64,000 nucleotides of DNA from a virus (Duplodnaviria; Caudoviricetes). Positions 47,530 through 56,217 of this stretch are shown in pieces. The notes beneath the pieces are model-generated. The model did not search any database and was not told the DNA's origin. It saw only the letters and a list, made by a program, of their open reading frames with translations. The position numbers and the translations under genes are program-made. Each line of letters opens with the position of its first letter. Within the stretch, counting starts at the first letter, position 1. Location: positions 54,532-118,531 of IMG/VR virus record IMGVR_UViG_3300032233_002826. One strand, given 5' to 3'.

Positions 47530-48583
47530 ATAACTTCCCAAAATCGCTCCCCATAACTATCTTCCCAACAAACTGTCCACATTGATTTCTCTAATATATC
47601 CATTAATTATTCTCCAAATGTTTATTTAGGAAGTCTGCCAATCCCTTGATTTCTTCTTTGGTCAATTTTATTTTGATATAATCCCAAGATATAACATTAT
47701 TAATAATTAGATTAATAATGTTATCATTATGCTCAATATCAAAGTTATAAATATCGGCTTTGTATGAATCTTTACTCATTAGATCTTTTGAAAATCATTA
47801 GACGATGAAATGACATTCTACATTATTTTTTATTTTTTGATAAAACTTGGTTTTTCTTGTTTCTTTTTAATTTGGTTAAGAAACTTTTCTCTTTCTTTTT
47901 CTATTTGGGCGATATTTTTATTAATATATTTGAGTCTTTTAGCAATATTGAGTTTATTTTTCTTTATTCGTTGGGGCAATTTGCTTATATTGCACAATTC
48001 GTGTTTTCGTATATGAAAATCTTTATCGTTTAGTTTGGGTTGTTTATCGAAAAAGCCCAAGGTGCTATTTTGGCATAAAACTTCATAAACGTATTTTTTA
48101 GCGTTCATAATTTACCTTTTGTTGGTACAGTCATTAACATTCTATATTAATTTTTATATACTTATGGCGATTAGTTCATTCTTAATATTTTCTGGTGGAT
48201 TTAGTGAAAGTATTTTATTGATAATTTGTCTAGTAACAGGAATCCAAAGCATTGTTTTTTCACTCCAATTGAATAAAGTTTTACAATCTATTAGTTCCAA
48301 TTTGAGTGTATCTTTTAAATTAATTTCGATTCCCATTATTTTCATTTGTGTTTGGTTGTGTGGCAAATGGTCGATAAAATTGATTAGTTGTATTATTGTT
48401 GCGTTCATAATAATTTATATTTTTTTAAGATACTGTATAAGTTATTAATTTCATTTAGTCTAATTTCACTAGGTTCATCACTGTTATAGTTGAAAACTCT
48501 TATTAAATATGGTTTATTTTTTAGATTAGGATTATGATGAATTTCGATAAGGTCGTATTCAAGTTCTATTGTGCGAACAAGTG

Positions 48584-48865
48584 TCATTGATTTATTGCGT
48601 TTTTCAAGTCTCTAAGGTGTTCTTTTTCTGCTTCTCTTACGGATGGTAGCCAATAGTTGTTATAAATTTCGTTCCATGTTGGAAAATCATAGAATGGGCT
48701 ATCGTCATCTACACAAAGTCCGCTATCATCATAAACTTCATAATAGTCTACTTTGCGATCATTATAATCATTTAGGTCTTTATAGGAAGCAATTATATTA
48801 TAAATTCCGTATTTTACGGAGTTATCATAGACATAGGTGGCAACCTTTTCAGTTATGGGGGTCAT
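48584..48865 (-). CDS. Hypothetical protein
   Basis: Coupled to neighbouring ORFs. Confidence 0.6.
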   Translation of the reverse strand: MTPITEKVATYVYDNSVKYGIYNIIASYKDLNDYNDRKVDYYEVYDDSGLCVDDDSPFYDFPTWNEIYNNYWLPSVREAEKEHLRDLKNAINQ

Positions 48866-49233
48866 TTATTATTTTCCTTTGAGTATTCTGGTGTAGTTTT
48901 GAGAAGAAAAAAGAATATTTCGCGGCCGGTTTTAATAGATATGTCGTGGTGCGTGTCAACAACTTCTTCTTTGGTGGCCTGTAGTATGGATTCTTTAAAC
49001 TGATCATGATTGTTTTCAACGACAGCCATGCACATCTCTTTAATAATTCTTAGTCCTTCTGTAGTTTTTGCAACTTGTAATTCCGTAGTCGTTAAGACAT
49101 TTTTTAGCGTTATAAGCACTGTGTCTTTAATAATATACGTTTTAATATTTTCGGCTTCTCGTCCTAACAAGCCTGCGTAGATTTGATTTACTCCTTTGCT
49201 AATCTCCGCTTCCATTTCGCCTTGGGTTTTCAA
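48862..49233 (-). CDS. DUF2294 (MpsC-like) protein
   Basis: KTQGEMEAEIS..LGR..LKNVLT..HHDISIKTGRE pattern. Confidence 0.75.
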   Translation of the reverse strand: MKTQGEMEAEISKGVNQIYAGLLGREAENIKTYIIKDTVLITLKNVLTTTELQVAKTTEGLRIIKEMCMAVVENNHDQFKESILQATKEEVVDTHHDISIKTGREIFFFLLKTTPEYSKENNK

Positions 49234-49281
49234 ATGCGCCTCTTTTCTCAGTTGATAGCATCATATTCCTTACATTCTATA

Positions 49282-49731
49282 TTAATTTTTATTTTTGGCC
49301 TGATTTATTAATTCAAATTCTGGCAATTTGCCATTTATTAATTCAAAGTAATCTTTTGCCCATTCATCATTTATTATTGCATATGCTATCATTTTGTTGT
49401 GCATAAATTCTGGCAATTTGCCTTTTATAATATTTTGTGCATAGCGATAGGAATATTCTGTATTTTGGCTGATTGATTTTTCGCCAAGTTTGAATCTGTC
49501 CCTAAGAATATTTAATGCGTAGTAATAAGAATATGTTGGATTTTGGCTAATTAATTTTTCACCAAGTTGGAATCGACTTTTTATTATATCTCTTGCATAA
49601 GCATAAGAATAACGTGCATCTTGGCTAATAATGTTTTCAAGTTCTGGGGTTGATCCAGATTTCCAAGCAAGTTGGTATGCTTGGTATGCAAGTTGGTATG
49701 CTTGGTCTGCTTTTTGAGTGATTGAGTCCAT
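49282..49731 (-). CDS. LPExxHN-family repeat protein
   Basis: Three ISQxxxYSYxYAxxI repeats; KLPEFMHNKMIA. Confidence 0.75.
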   Translation of the reverse strand: MDSITQKADQAYQLAYQAYQLAWKSGSTPELENIISQDARYSYAYARDIIKSRFQLGEKLISQNPTYSYYYALNILRDRFKLGEKSISQNTEYSYRYAQNIIKGKLPEFMHNKMIAYAIINDEWAKDYFELINGKLPEFELINQAKNKN

Positions 49732-49998
49732 GACTTCATAAGACCCTATAATTGGTATTATTTATTTTTCCACCAATTAGCATCATCATTATCATCGTTA
49801 TGAATATCTAATCTTTTTGATTCTAATTTGACCATTTCATAAAGAGTATCTAATTGGTCTGAGATTACGTCCATTCTTTGTCCCAGCAGGCTATTAATTT
49901 TATCTTGTAGTTCCATTTCTTTTTCAATTTTTTTAAAATACTTGATAAATTTATAGCAAACGAATATATGACAGGCTATCGTGAATAGGATTATAAAA

Positions 49999-50355
49999 TT
50001 AAACATAACTTTTAATAAATTCAAAGTATTGTTGTGTGAAGTATTTGCTGAGTTTGTCTGCATCAATCTGTGCAGACTTCTTGTCGGAATACAACTTCCT
50101 TGTTGGATCTTTTATTGCATATGCGATCATTTTGTTGTGCATAAGTTCTGGCAATTTATTTTTTAATACATCTTTAGCATAAAGAAAGGAAAAGTAGGTG
50201 TCTTGGCTAATAGCATTTTCGCCTAATTCCCATCTTCCTTTTACAACTTCTTTTGCGTAGAAAAAGGAATAACGAGCATCTTGGCTAATAATGTTTTCAA
50301 GTTCTGGAGTCGAGCCAGATTTTCTTGCTTCGATGTATGCTTGTTCTGGAGTCAT
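49999..50355 (-). CDS. LPExxHN-family repeat protein, close paralog of 49282..49731
   Basis: KSGSTPELENIISQDARYS; KLPELMHNKMIA. Confidence 0.75.
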   Translation of the reverse strand: MTPEQAYIEARKSGSTPELENIISQDARYSFFYAKEVVKGRWELGENAISQDTYFSFLYAKDVLKNKLPELMHNKMIAYAIKDPTRKLYSDKKSAQIDADKLSKYFTQQYFEFIKSYV

Positions 50356-50390
50356 TTTGTAATGACATTCTATATTATTTAATATTTTCA

Positions 50391-50714
50391 TTAGTTAACA
50401 TAAATTGCCAATAATATTCCTAGAAAAAGACTAATAGACAAAGCCCAAATTAGTGTTCCTTTTTGGTTTATGAATAAAATTTCTTTTTCTGCTTCCACAA
50501 CTTGAAAACTTCCATGAAAAATTAAATAGCAAAAAGGCCAAGGCAGTATGTTTTTATTAAATTTATAATGATAAAGTTTATCATCGGACTTAACCATAAA
50601 GTGTGGAACATAAGAGTCTGGTCGGAATCTTGTTATTAGTTTTGATTTCTTTTTTCTTTTTTTTCTATTTAGTATTATTGCAATAGAGCCAAGTAAACAA
50701 TTTCCATAAATCAT
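50391..50714 (-). CDS. Hypothetical protein with C-terminal membrane segment
   Basis: 107 aa, hydrophobic C-terminus. Confidence 0.55.
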   Translation of the reverse strand: MIYGNCLLGSIAIILNRKKRKKKSKLITRFRPDSYVPHFMVKSDDKLYHYKFNKNILPWPFCYLIFHGSFQVVEAEKEILFINQKGTLIWALSISLFLGILLAIYVN

Positions 50715-50753
50715 AATTCATCCTTGAATAGTGTTGTTTATATTGCAATAACA

Positions 50754-51086
50754 TTATTTTAACATAGACTTAAGTTCTTTAACTTCTTTTTCAAGAAATT
50801 TTACTGCTTTCTTGAAAAAATCTGGATTTCTTTCTGCTAATTTTTTGGTTTCTTCGCTATATGGGTTCATTTCAAAAACGTTATTTCCCATATGGACATA
50901 AGTTGTAAGGTCATCAGCGTGGCGGCATTTCTGGACTCTTACAAGGTTGGCGAAATTGCCTACTGGTATATCGCAAGTTGCACTACCAATTGCTGCATTA
51001 TAAATTTTATCTGCAAAGTCTTGTGAATTGGCTTTAATTAGGCCGACTCCATCATTATAAACGGTGAAAGTTGTGAGGTATCCCAT
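50754..51086 (-). CDS. Hypothetical phage protein
   Basis: AAGGAG before MGYLTT; motif A upstream. Confidence 0.65.
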   Translation of the reverse strand: MGYLTTFTVYNDGVGLIKANSQDFADKIYNAAIGSATCDIPVGNFANLVRVQKCRHADDLTTYVHMGNNVFEMNPYSEETKKLAERNPDFFKKAVKFLEKEVKELKSMLK

Positions 51087-51124
51087 ATTAGTCTCCTTAC
51101 AAAGATAACATTCTATATCAATTT

Positions 51125-51373
51125 TTATTTTTTCCACCAATCATCATTATTGTCATTATTTTCATGAATATCTAATCTTTTTGATTCTAATTTGACCATT
51201 TCATAAAGAGCATCCAATTGCTCTGAAATTAGGTCTAATCTTTTTGTTGCCAAATCATTGATTTGATTTTGCAATTCCATTTCTTTTTCGATATTTTTAA
51301 AATGCACAACAAATTTATAATAAATAAATGCCTGAGTCGCGGTCGTTAGGATAACTATAATTAAATTAATCAT
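51125..51373 (-). CDS. Membrane-anchored coiled-coil protein; paralog ends at 49758
   Basis: Shared IEKEMELQ..LYEMVKLESKRLDIH..WWK. Confidence 0.65.
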   Translation of the reverse strand: MINLIIVILTTATQAFIYYKFVVHFKNIEKEMELQNQINDLATKRLDLISEQLDALYEMVKLESKRLDIHENNDNNDDWWKK

Positions 51374-51376
51374 AAT

Positions 51377-52279
51377 TTATAGCGAACAGATTAGTTCATC
51401 AACAGTTTTTCCGCTGTGTTGCTTTAGGAAATTTTTAATTTTATTGTAAAAACGCTGTTTATTTTTAATATACTCTTTAGAGATTTTATTGTCAACAAGT
51501 CCTCTTGCAATCATATAATTACTAATTTCAAGAGGAAATATATTATTTTTACTAATTGATACAATTAATTCATCAAAAAATTCAAGATCGCCATATTTTT
51601 CAAGTAATTGATTATTATTAATATCACCAATTATAATATTTTTAATGACTGTTTTATAGGATTGTTTAAAATGACAACATACAGATTCTTCTATTTTCTT
51701 ATCTGAAATTCTTTGTTTATTTTTTCTTGCTAGTTCCAAATAACGCCCGGCAATACATTCTTGATATTCTTCCCAAAAATAATCATTTTTAATTGCCTTT
51801 TCGCCTTTGGGGAATATGTCTTTAATTACTTCGCTAGAATATTCTAAAGAGTAGTAGCCATCTTTAGATATAGCATTTTCGCCCAATTCCCATTTGCCTT
51901 TAATTATATCTCTTGCGTAAGCAAAAGAAAATTCAATATTTTTGCTAATTGCCTTTTCGCCTAATTCAAATCTTCCTTTTTTATAAAAGACGGCATATTC
52001 GTAAGAATACTCAGCATCATTTGAAATTGCTTTTTCAAATAACTGTAATCTGCTTGAATTTTTCTTAATATCATTATAAAAACGCTCAAGATAATAATGA
52101 GAATATTTAGCGTTTTTTGCTAAAACTTTTTCGCCTTTTTCATAAGGTTTTCCCATAAACAAAGAATATTTATATATTGCTATGGGATTTTTATTAATTA
52201 GTTTTATTTCATTTTCTTTTGGTTGAATATTTCTTGCTAGTCTATTGATAATTTGGTCAATTTTATTCATTTTAGTCAA
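51377..52279 (-). CDS. LPExxHN-family repeat protein
   Basis: Multiple GEKAISK repeats; FPLEISNYMIA. Confidence 0.7.
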   Translation of the reverse strand: MTKMNKIDQIINRLARNIQPKENEIKLINKNPIAIYKYSLFMGKPYEKGEKVLAKNAKYSHYYLERFYNDIKKNSSRLQLFEKAISNDAEYSYEYAVFYKKGRFELGEKAISKNIEFSFAYARDIIKGKWELGENAISKDGYYSLEYSSEVIKDIFPKGEKAIKNDYFWEEYQECIAGRYLELARKNKQRISDKKIEESVCCHFKQSYKTVIKNIIIGDINNNQLLEKYGDLEFFDELIVSISKNNIFPLEISNYMIARGLVDNKISKEYIKNKQRFYNKIKNFLKQHSGKTVDELICSL

Positions 52280-52676
52280 AATTAATAGTTTTGTTTACTT
52301 TTGTTTTTTCTATTTTCTTAAAACTGCTTGGCACACTATCTTTGGAGTTATTCATCCAACTTTTGATTTCCATTTCTTGGAGATAATCTTGTGGAGTTGG
52401 AATAAATCTCATTCCAAAATCTTCAAGAATATGTTGCTCTCCAATATCTCTTACTGAGACTTCTTTATTGTCGCTATTTTTTATAACAACTCCAAAGATA
52501 CGTTCTAGTGGGCCATCTGCTCCTATGAACCAACTGTTATGGGTGAGGCATCTATGGCGATTATCTCCAATGCAGTCTTTGCTGCTATCCATAAGGTTGT
52601 GGATTGGAAGGTAATCCTCTGGTTTGCCGCCAAATTTTCTTGCACTATTTTTTGCATGAACCCAAGGCTTGCTCAT
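52272..52676 (-). CDS. DUF6915-like protein, copy 2
   Basis: PWVHAKNSARKFGG..RHRCLTHN..GEQHILED. Confidence 0.7.
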   Translation of the reverse strand: MSKPWVHAKNSARKFGGKPEDYLPIHNLMDSSKDCIGDNRHRCLTHNSWFIGADGPLERIFGVVIKNSDNKEVSVRDIGEQHILEDFGMRFIPTPQDYLQEMEIKSWMNNSKDSVPSSFKKIEKTKVNKTINFD

Positions 52677-52724
52677 AGTTCAAAACATTCTACAAAAAAT
52701 TTTATTTATTTGCAAATTTAAAGT

Positions 52725-53801
52725 TTATGCTGCCTCTCCGCTATTTAATTTAATATCTCTGACATATGTTCTAGCGTAACCATCGTTATTAACGGCATTG
52801 CCCAACATTACGTTGTGCATAACTTCTGGAAGGTTGATTTTATACTTCTTTAGAACATTATAATAATTCCAAATATCTTGGGTACTTCGAATAATATTTT
52901 TTTCTGCTAATTCAAATCTTCCCTTCATAATAAAATCCGCGTACTTGATAGAAAGATATGAGTTTGTAGAAATTGCTCCTTCTCCATCCTCAAATCTTTT
53001 GCCCATATTCTCTGCGTGTTCAAAAGAAAGAGTGGCGTCCTTTGCTATTCCTTTTTTGCCTAAGCACAAAGAACTATACAAAGTATTAAGAACTTGATTG
53101 CCTTCTTCTGTAAAATTAAGTCCTGCTTCGACTAATGCTTCGTGATTTTCTGGAACTAATCCAAGATCGACGGCATCCAATTGATTTTTAAAGTCATCAT
53201 AACTATCAAATCCTCGACAAGAAATATCTGCCAAGATTTTAAGAACGCTAAAAATATGAGAATCTCCAGCGAAGTCTCCTCTTTTAGCGTATTTAAAGGT
53301 TCTAATTAGAGAACTAATTGGATATTCGCTTCCAAAGTATTCAGTGCTTTGGCAAAGTTTTGATTCTTCGTAGTTATTGGTGCAATAAACCTCAATATCA
53401 TTAGGCGTTACTTTTGCTCCAACTTGAATATGAGAAAAGTCAAAAGAGTTCACCAGTGTTTCAAGAGATTGGTGTTGATAATTGCACAATTGAACCGTGA
53501 CAGTTTTTCCATTAACTTCAATATCATTGGTTCCATCAACAGTCTGATGGTGCAGAGTTTTATCAACATTAACTTTTACCGTGATGGCATTTTTTGTATT
53601 GCTAACAATCTTTCCCAACTTTTCTGCTGTTTGAAGCAAAAAAAGACCACCAATTGGAAAAATATCAATATCATTAGGAGGATTTCTGTTGAGAGAATTT
53701 CCTCCAACATAAAATGCAGTTATTCCTACGCTTCTCAACTGCTCCAAAGGAACACGCTGATTAATTCGTTGTCGGATGATATTGGCAAATTTTTCGTTCA
53801 T
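52725..53801 (-). CDS. Pol-beta-superfamily nucleotidyltransferase-like domain fused to LPExxHN module
   Basis: VGG..NDIDIF and SFDF motifs; C-terminal LPEVMHNVML. Confidence 0.65.
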   Translation of the reverse strand: MNEKFANIIRQRINQRVPLEQLRSVGITAFYVGGNSLNRNPPNDIDIFPIGGLFLLQTAEKLGKIVSNTKNAITVKVNVDKTLHHQTVDGTNDIEVNGKTVTVQLCNYQHQSLETLVNSFDFSHIQVGAKVTPNDIEVYCTNNYEESKLCQSTEYFGSEYPISSLIRTFKYAKRGDFAGDSHIFSVLKILADISCRGFDSYDDFKNQLDAVDLGLVPENHEALVEAGLNFTEEGNQVLNTLYSSLCLGKKGIAKDATLSFEHAENMGKRFEDGEGAISTNSYLSIKYADFIMKGRFELAEKNIIRSTQDIWNYYNVLKKYKINLPEVMHNVMLGNAVNNDGYARTYVRDIKLNSGEAA

Positions 53802-53820
53802 GGTTTGTCTCCTTGTATGT

Positions 53821-54375
53821 CTAACATTCTATTTTATTTTTTATTTTCGTCACAGTTGCCTTATTGACTTTAATTCCTTTTTTCCACAACTCTTTAATTA
53901 TTTGTTCATTTGTAGCATTGGGGTTGTCTACTAGGCAATTATAAATCTCTTTAGGCTTTGATAAAACGGCTCCATTCCATTTTTTAGGAGCCGATTGACC
54001 ACCATACTCTTTGAGATACCACAAGAGCCAGAAATCGCCCCCTATAGCCTCTAGCAACGCTCTATTGTGTAGTTCTTCGGGCAGTCTTTGGTCGATTGCA
54101 CGGGCATAATTTAAAATACTCTCTGGATGGAAATATTTAATAAGTTGCTTTTCTAATTTTTTCCGATATTGTTCTTTTATAATTTTAGGACTTCTATTTA
54201 AAATATTTCTTAAATAAGCAATTCCCCACATAAACATATCTTTATGATGTTGGTTTTGTTTAGTGGTAACGAATCTTCTTAATTTAAAATTATAAGGACG
54301 AACAAGAATATTTTCTCCTTGTTCGTATCTTGTTTTTAATTTTTTAGCGTGTAAATAAATTTCTTTTGGATTCAT
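53821..54375 (-). CDS. LPExxHN module fused to HTH-like domain resembling 42224..42715
   Basis: RLPEELHNRAL; NPNATNEQIIKELWKKGIKVN versus HPEASTTEVMEALGSKGVDVS. Confidence 0.65.
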   Translation of the reverse strand: MNPKEIYLHAKKLKTRYEQGENILVRPYNFKLRRFVTTKQNQHHKDMFMWGIAYLRNILNRSPKIIKEQYRKKLEKQLIKYFHPESILNYARAIDQRLPEELHNRALLEAIGGDFWLLWYLKEYGGQSAPKKWNGAVLSKPKEIYNCLVDNPNATNEQIIKELWKKGIKVNKATVTKIKNKIEC

Positions 54376-54624
54376 AGCATAAGTGCCAAGAGTTCGTTCC
54401 TAACATTTTCTGGCAGGTTAATGTTTAACAAAACTTTCAGCACAGTCTTTTTAAGATGATTGGGCATATTTTTATTATTAACCCAATCTGTTATGTTGTC
54501 GAATTCTTTAACATCTTTTGTCAAAACTTTAAGGTCTATAGTTCTAAAAAAAGGGTTGTCTGTCAGGGTTACTACAGAATTGTCCAAGTTATTGATAAAT
54601 TCAAAAAATTCAATATTGTTCATA

Positions 54625-55935
54625 TTATTCTTTGGTAACAAGACCCTTATCTTTCAGAAAATCGACAATTTCTTTATATTCGAGTTTTTTAGGTTCGGCA
54701 TTTCCTCTGGTGCTGAATTGGATAATTTGTCTTTTTTGAATATCAATATTATACAACATTTCATTGGTCTTATTATTCATAATAGCAATAACTTGACATT
54801 CTTTCGACCGTACTTTTTGTCCATAAGTTCCGATGCAATTTTGCATAATATTTCCCCATTCGATCAAATCATAATTTGTCATAGGAACAAGGATTCTAAA
54901 ATCTCCAACAACTGCATCTTGCAAATCTAAAATAATAGTATCATTATGCAAATCAAACTTGGGACATTCAACTTTCTTGATTTCTTCCTTGAGATATTCA
55001 TAAATCATTTCACAATTATTGCTAAATTCAATATTTTGAATATCCAAGTTGAGAGTTTCTTTTAGTTGGCTATAGTAAATTCCAACATCAACAAGGTGTT
55101 GCTTATCAGTCGCGCCCTTCAAGAAATTTAAAACTTTCTTTTGGCTATATTCTCCATTTTTGTCAATGCTATAATCTTTCAAGAATTGACTCAGATTGAC
55201 ATACGACCCAAAATCTCCAAATTTTGGATCAATCAAATTGTTTTCGATAGCGAACAAAACATTGTCTCTATTGAGAATATTTCTTAATGCTTCTCCAAAG
55301 AAGAAAAATCTATAATTGATATAGTTATTTTCTTCTTGAAAAAGATTACGAATAGCGAGACTTTTAAGTTTCTTGGAGCAAAATCCAAAAGAATTCTCTA
55401 AAATTTGGTCGAGACTTTGTTTTTGTCGAAACAACTCAAAATAATTATTCGGTACGGTAGAATAATTATAAAAGTGAAAAACATTTCCCTTCTTTTTATT
55501 CAAAACATTCTGTGAAATATCTGCCGAGTTGTTGTTGTAAACAAAATAAAATCCATCTTCTGTTATGGCGTAGGCGTCCCTTGAAATTAACTCTTGAACA
55601 ACATCGGATGCCTCTTGTCGATCCAAGCGATTTTTGAGATTATGCCAGAAATTAAAAATGCTTCTAAATTCCCAACTATTCTGTTGGTATTGCATAAACC
55701 TATTTCCCAAAACACTTGGAATTGCACTGTTTTGGTAATAGACAAGACCCTCCCTAACAACAAAGCCTTCTTTATTTAGATTGTAGGTCGGATCAATAAG
55801 TTGGGCAACGCTATCGTAATTGCCGCTCTCCAAGTTATCCTTTACTTTAGAGTAGCGATAGTCATCACTGCTAACTGTGTAGGTTTTATCGCCAATGCAA
55901 ACCACACAACTATTTGAAAGCAAGTAGTATTTCAT
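54625..55935 (-). CDS. rIIB-like N-terminus with PcfJ-like C-terminus
   Basis: NFWHNL..ITEDG near an rIIA-like gene; C-terminal LIEWGNIMQNCIGTY. Confidence 0.6.
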   Translation of the reverse strand: MKYYLLSNSCVVCIGDKTYTVSSDDYRYSKVKDNLESGNYDSVAQLIDPTYNLNKEGFVVREGLVYYQNSAIPSVLGNRFMQYQQNSWEFRSIFNFWHNLKNRLDRQEASDVVQELISRDAYAITEDGFYFVYNNNSADISQNVLNKKKGNVFHFYNYSTVPNNYFELFRQKQSLDQILENSFGFCSKKLKSLAIRNLFQEENNYINYRFFFFGEALRNILNRDNVLFAIENNLIDPKFGDFGSYVNLSQFLKDYSIDKNGEYSQKKVLNFLKGATDKQHLVDVGIYYSQLKETLNLDIQNIEFSNNCEMIYEYLKEEIKKVECPKFDLHNDTIILDLQDAVVGDFRILVPMTNYDLIEWGNIMQNCIGTYGQKVRSKECQVIAIMNNKTNEMLYNIDIQKRQIIQFSTRGNAEPKKLEYKEIVDFLKDKGLVTKE

Positions 55936-56217
55936 GGTCAATCTCCTTACTCCATGAACATTCTATATTAGATTTTATTTTAGAGTTCTTTGCCGTAAGA
56001 ACAAATAAAAGTATACTTACAAGAATTTAAGATCAAGGTGATTCTGCCCAAATCATAAAGATTGCAAGGATTGGGTTCTTTGATTATTTCAACTTCACAA
56101 CCAATTGCATTGAAATAATCCCAACAATCCTTCATGTTATTGAAAATATAGGTGGGGTTGACTTCGGGATCATCGACCCAACCTCCATCGTCCAAAATAA
56201 TAACTACTAATTTCATA

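Larger units (their letters stand above)
45009..47615 (-). repeat. Recurring gene-junction motif GGAGAATAA(N)TAATG
   Basis: Copies at 45009, 45251, 45541, 45685, 45873 and 47601; variants at 46264 and 46334. Confidence 0.75.

Noticed and set aside
49661-49710. Short AYQ/AYQL tandem repeat in ORF 49282..49731
   Set aside because: Ordinary in-frame slippage with no sign of wider significance.
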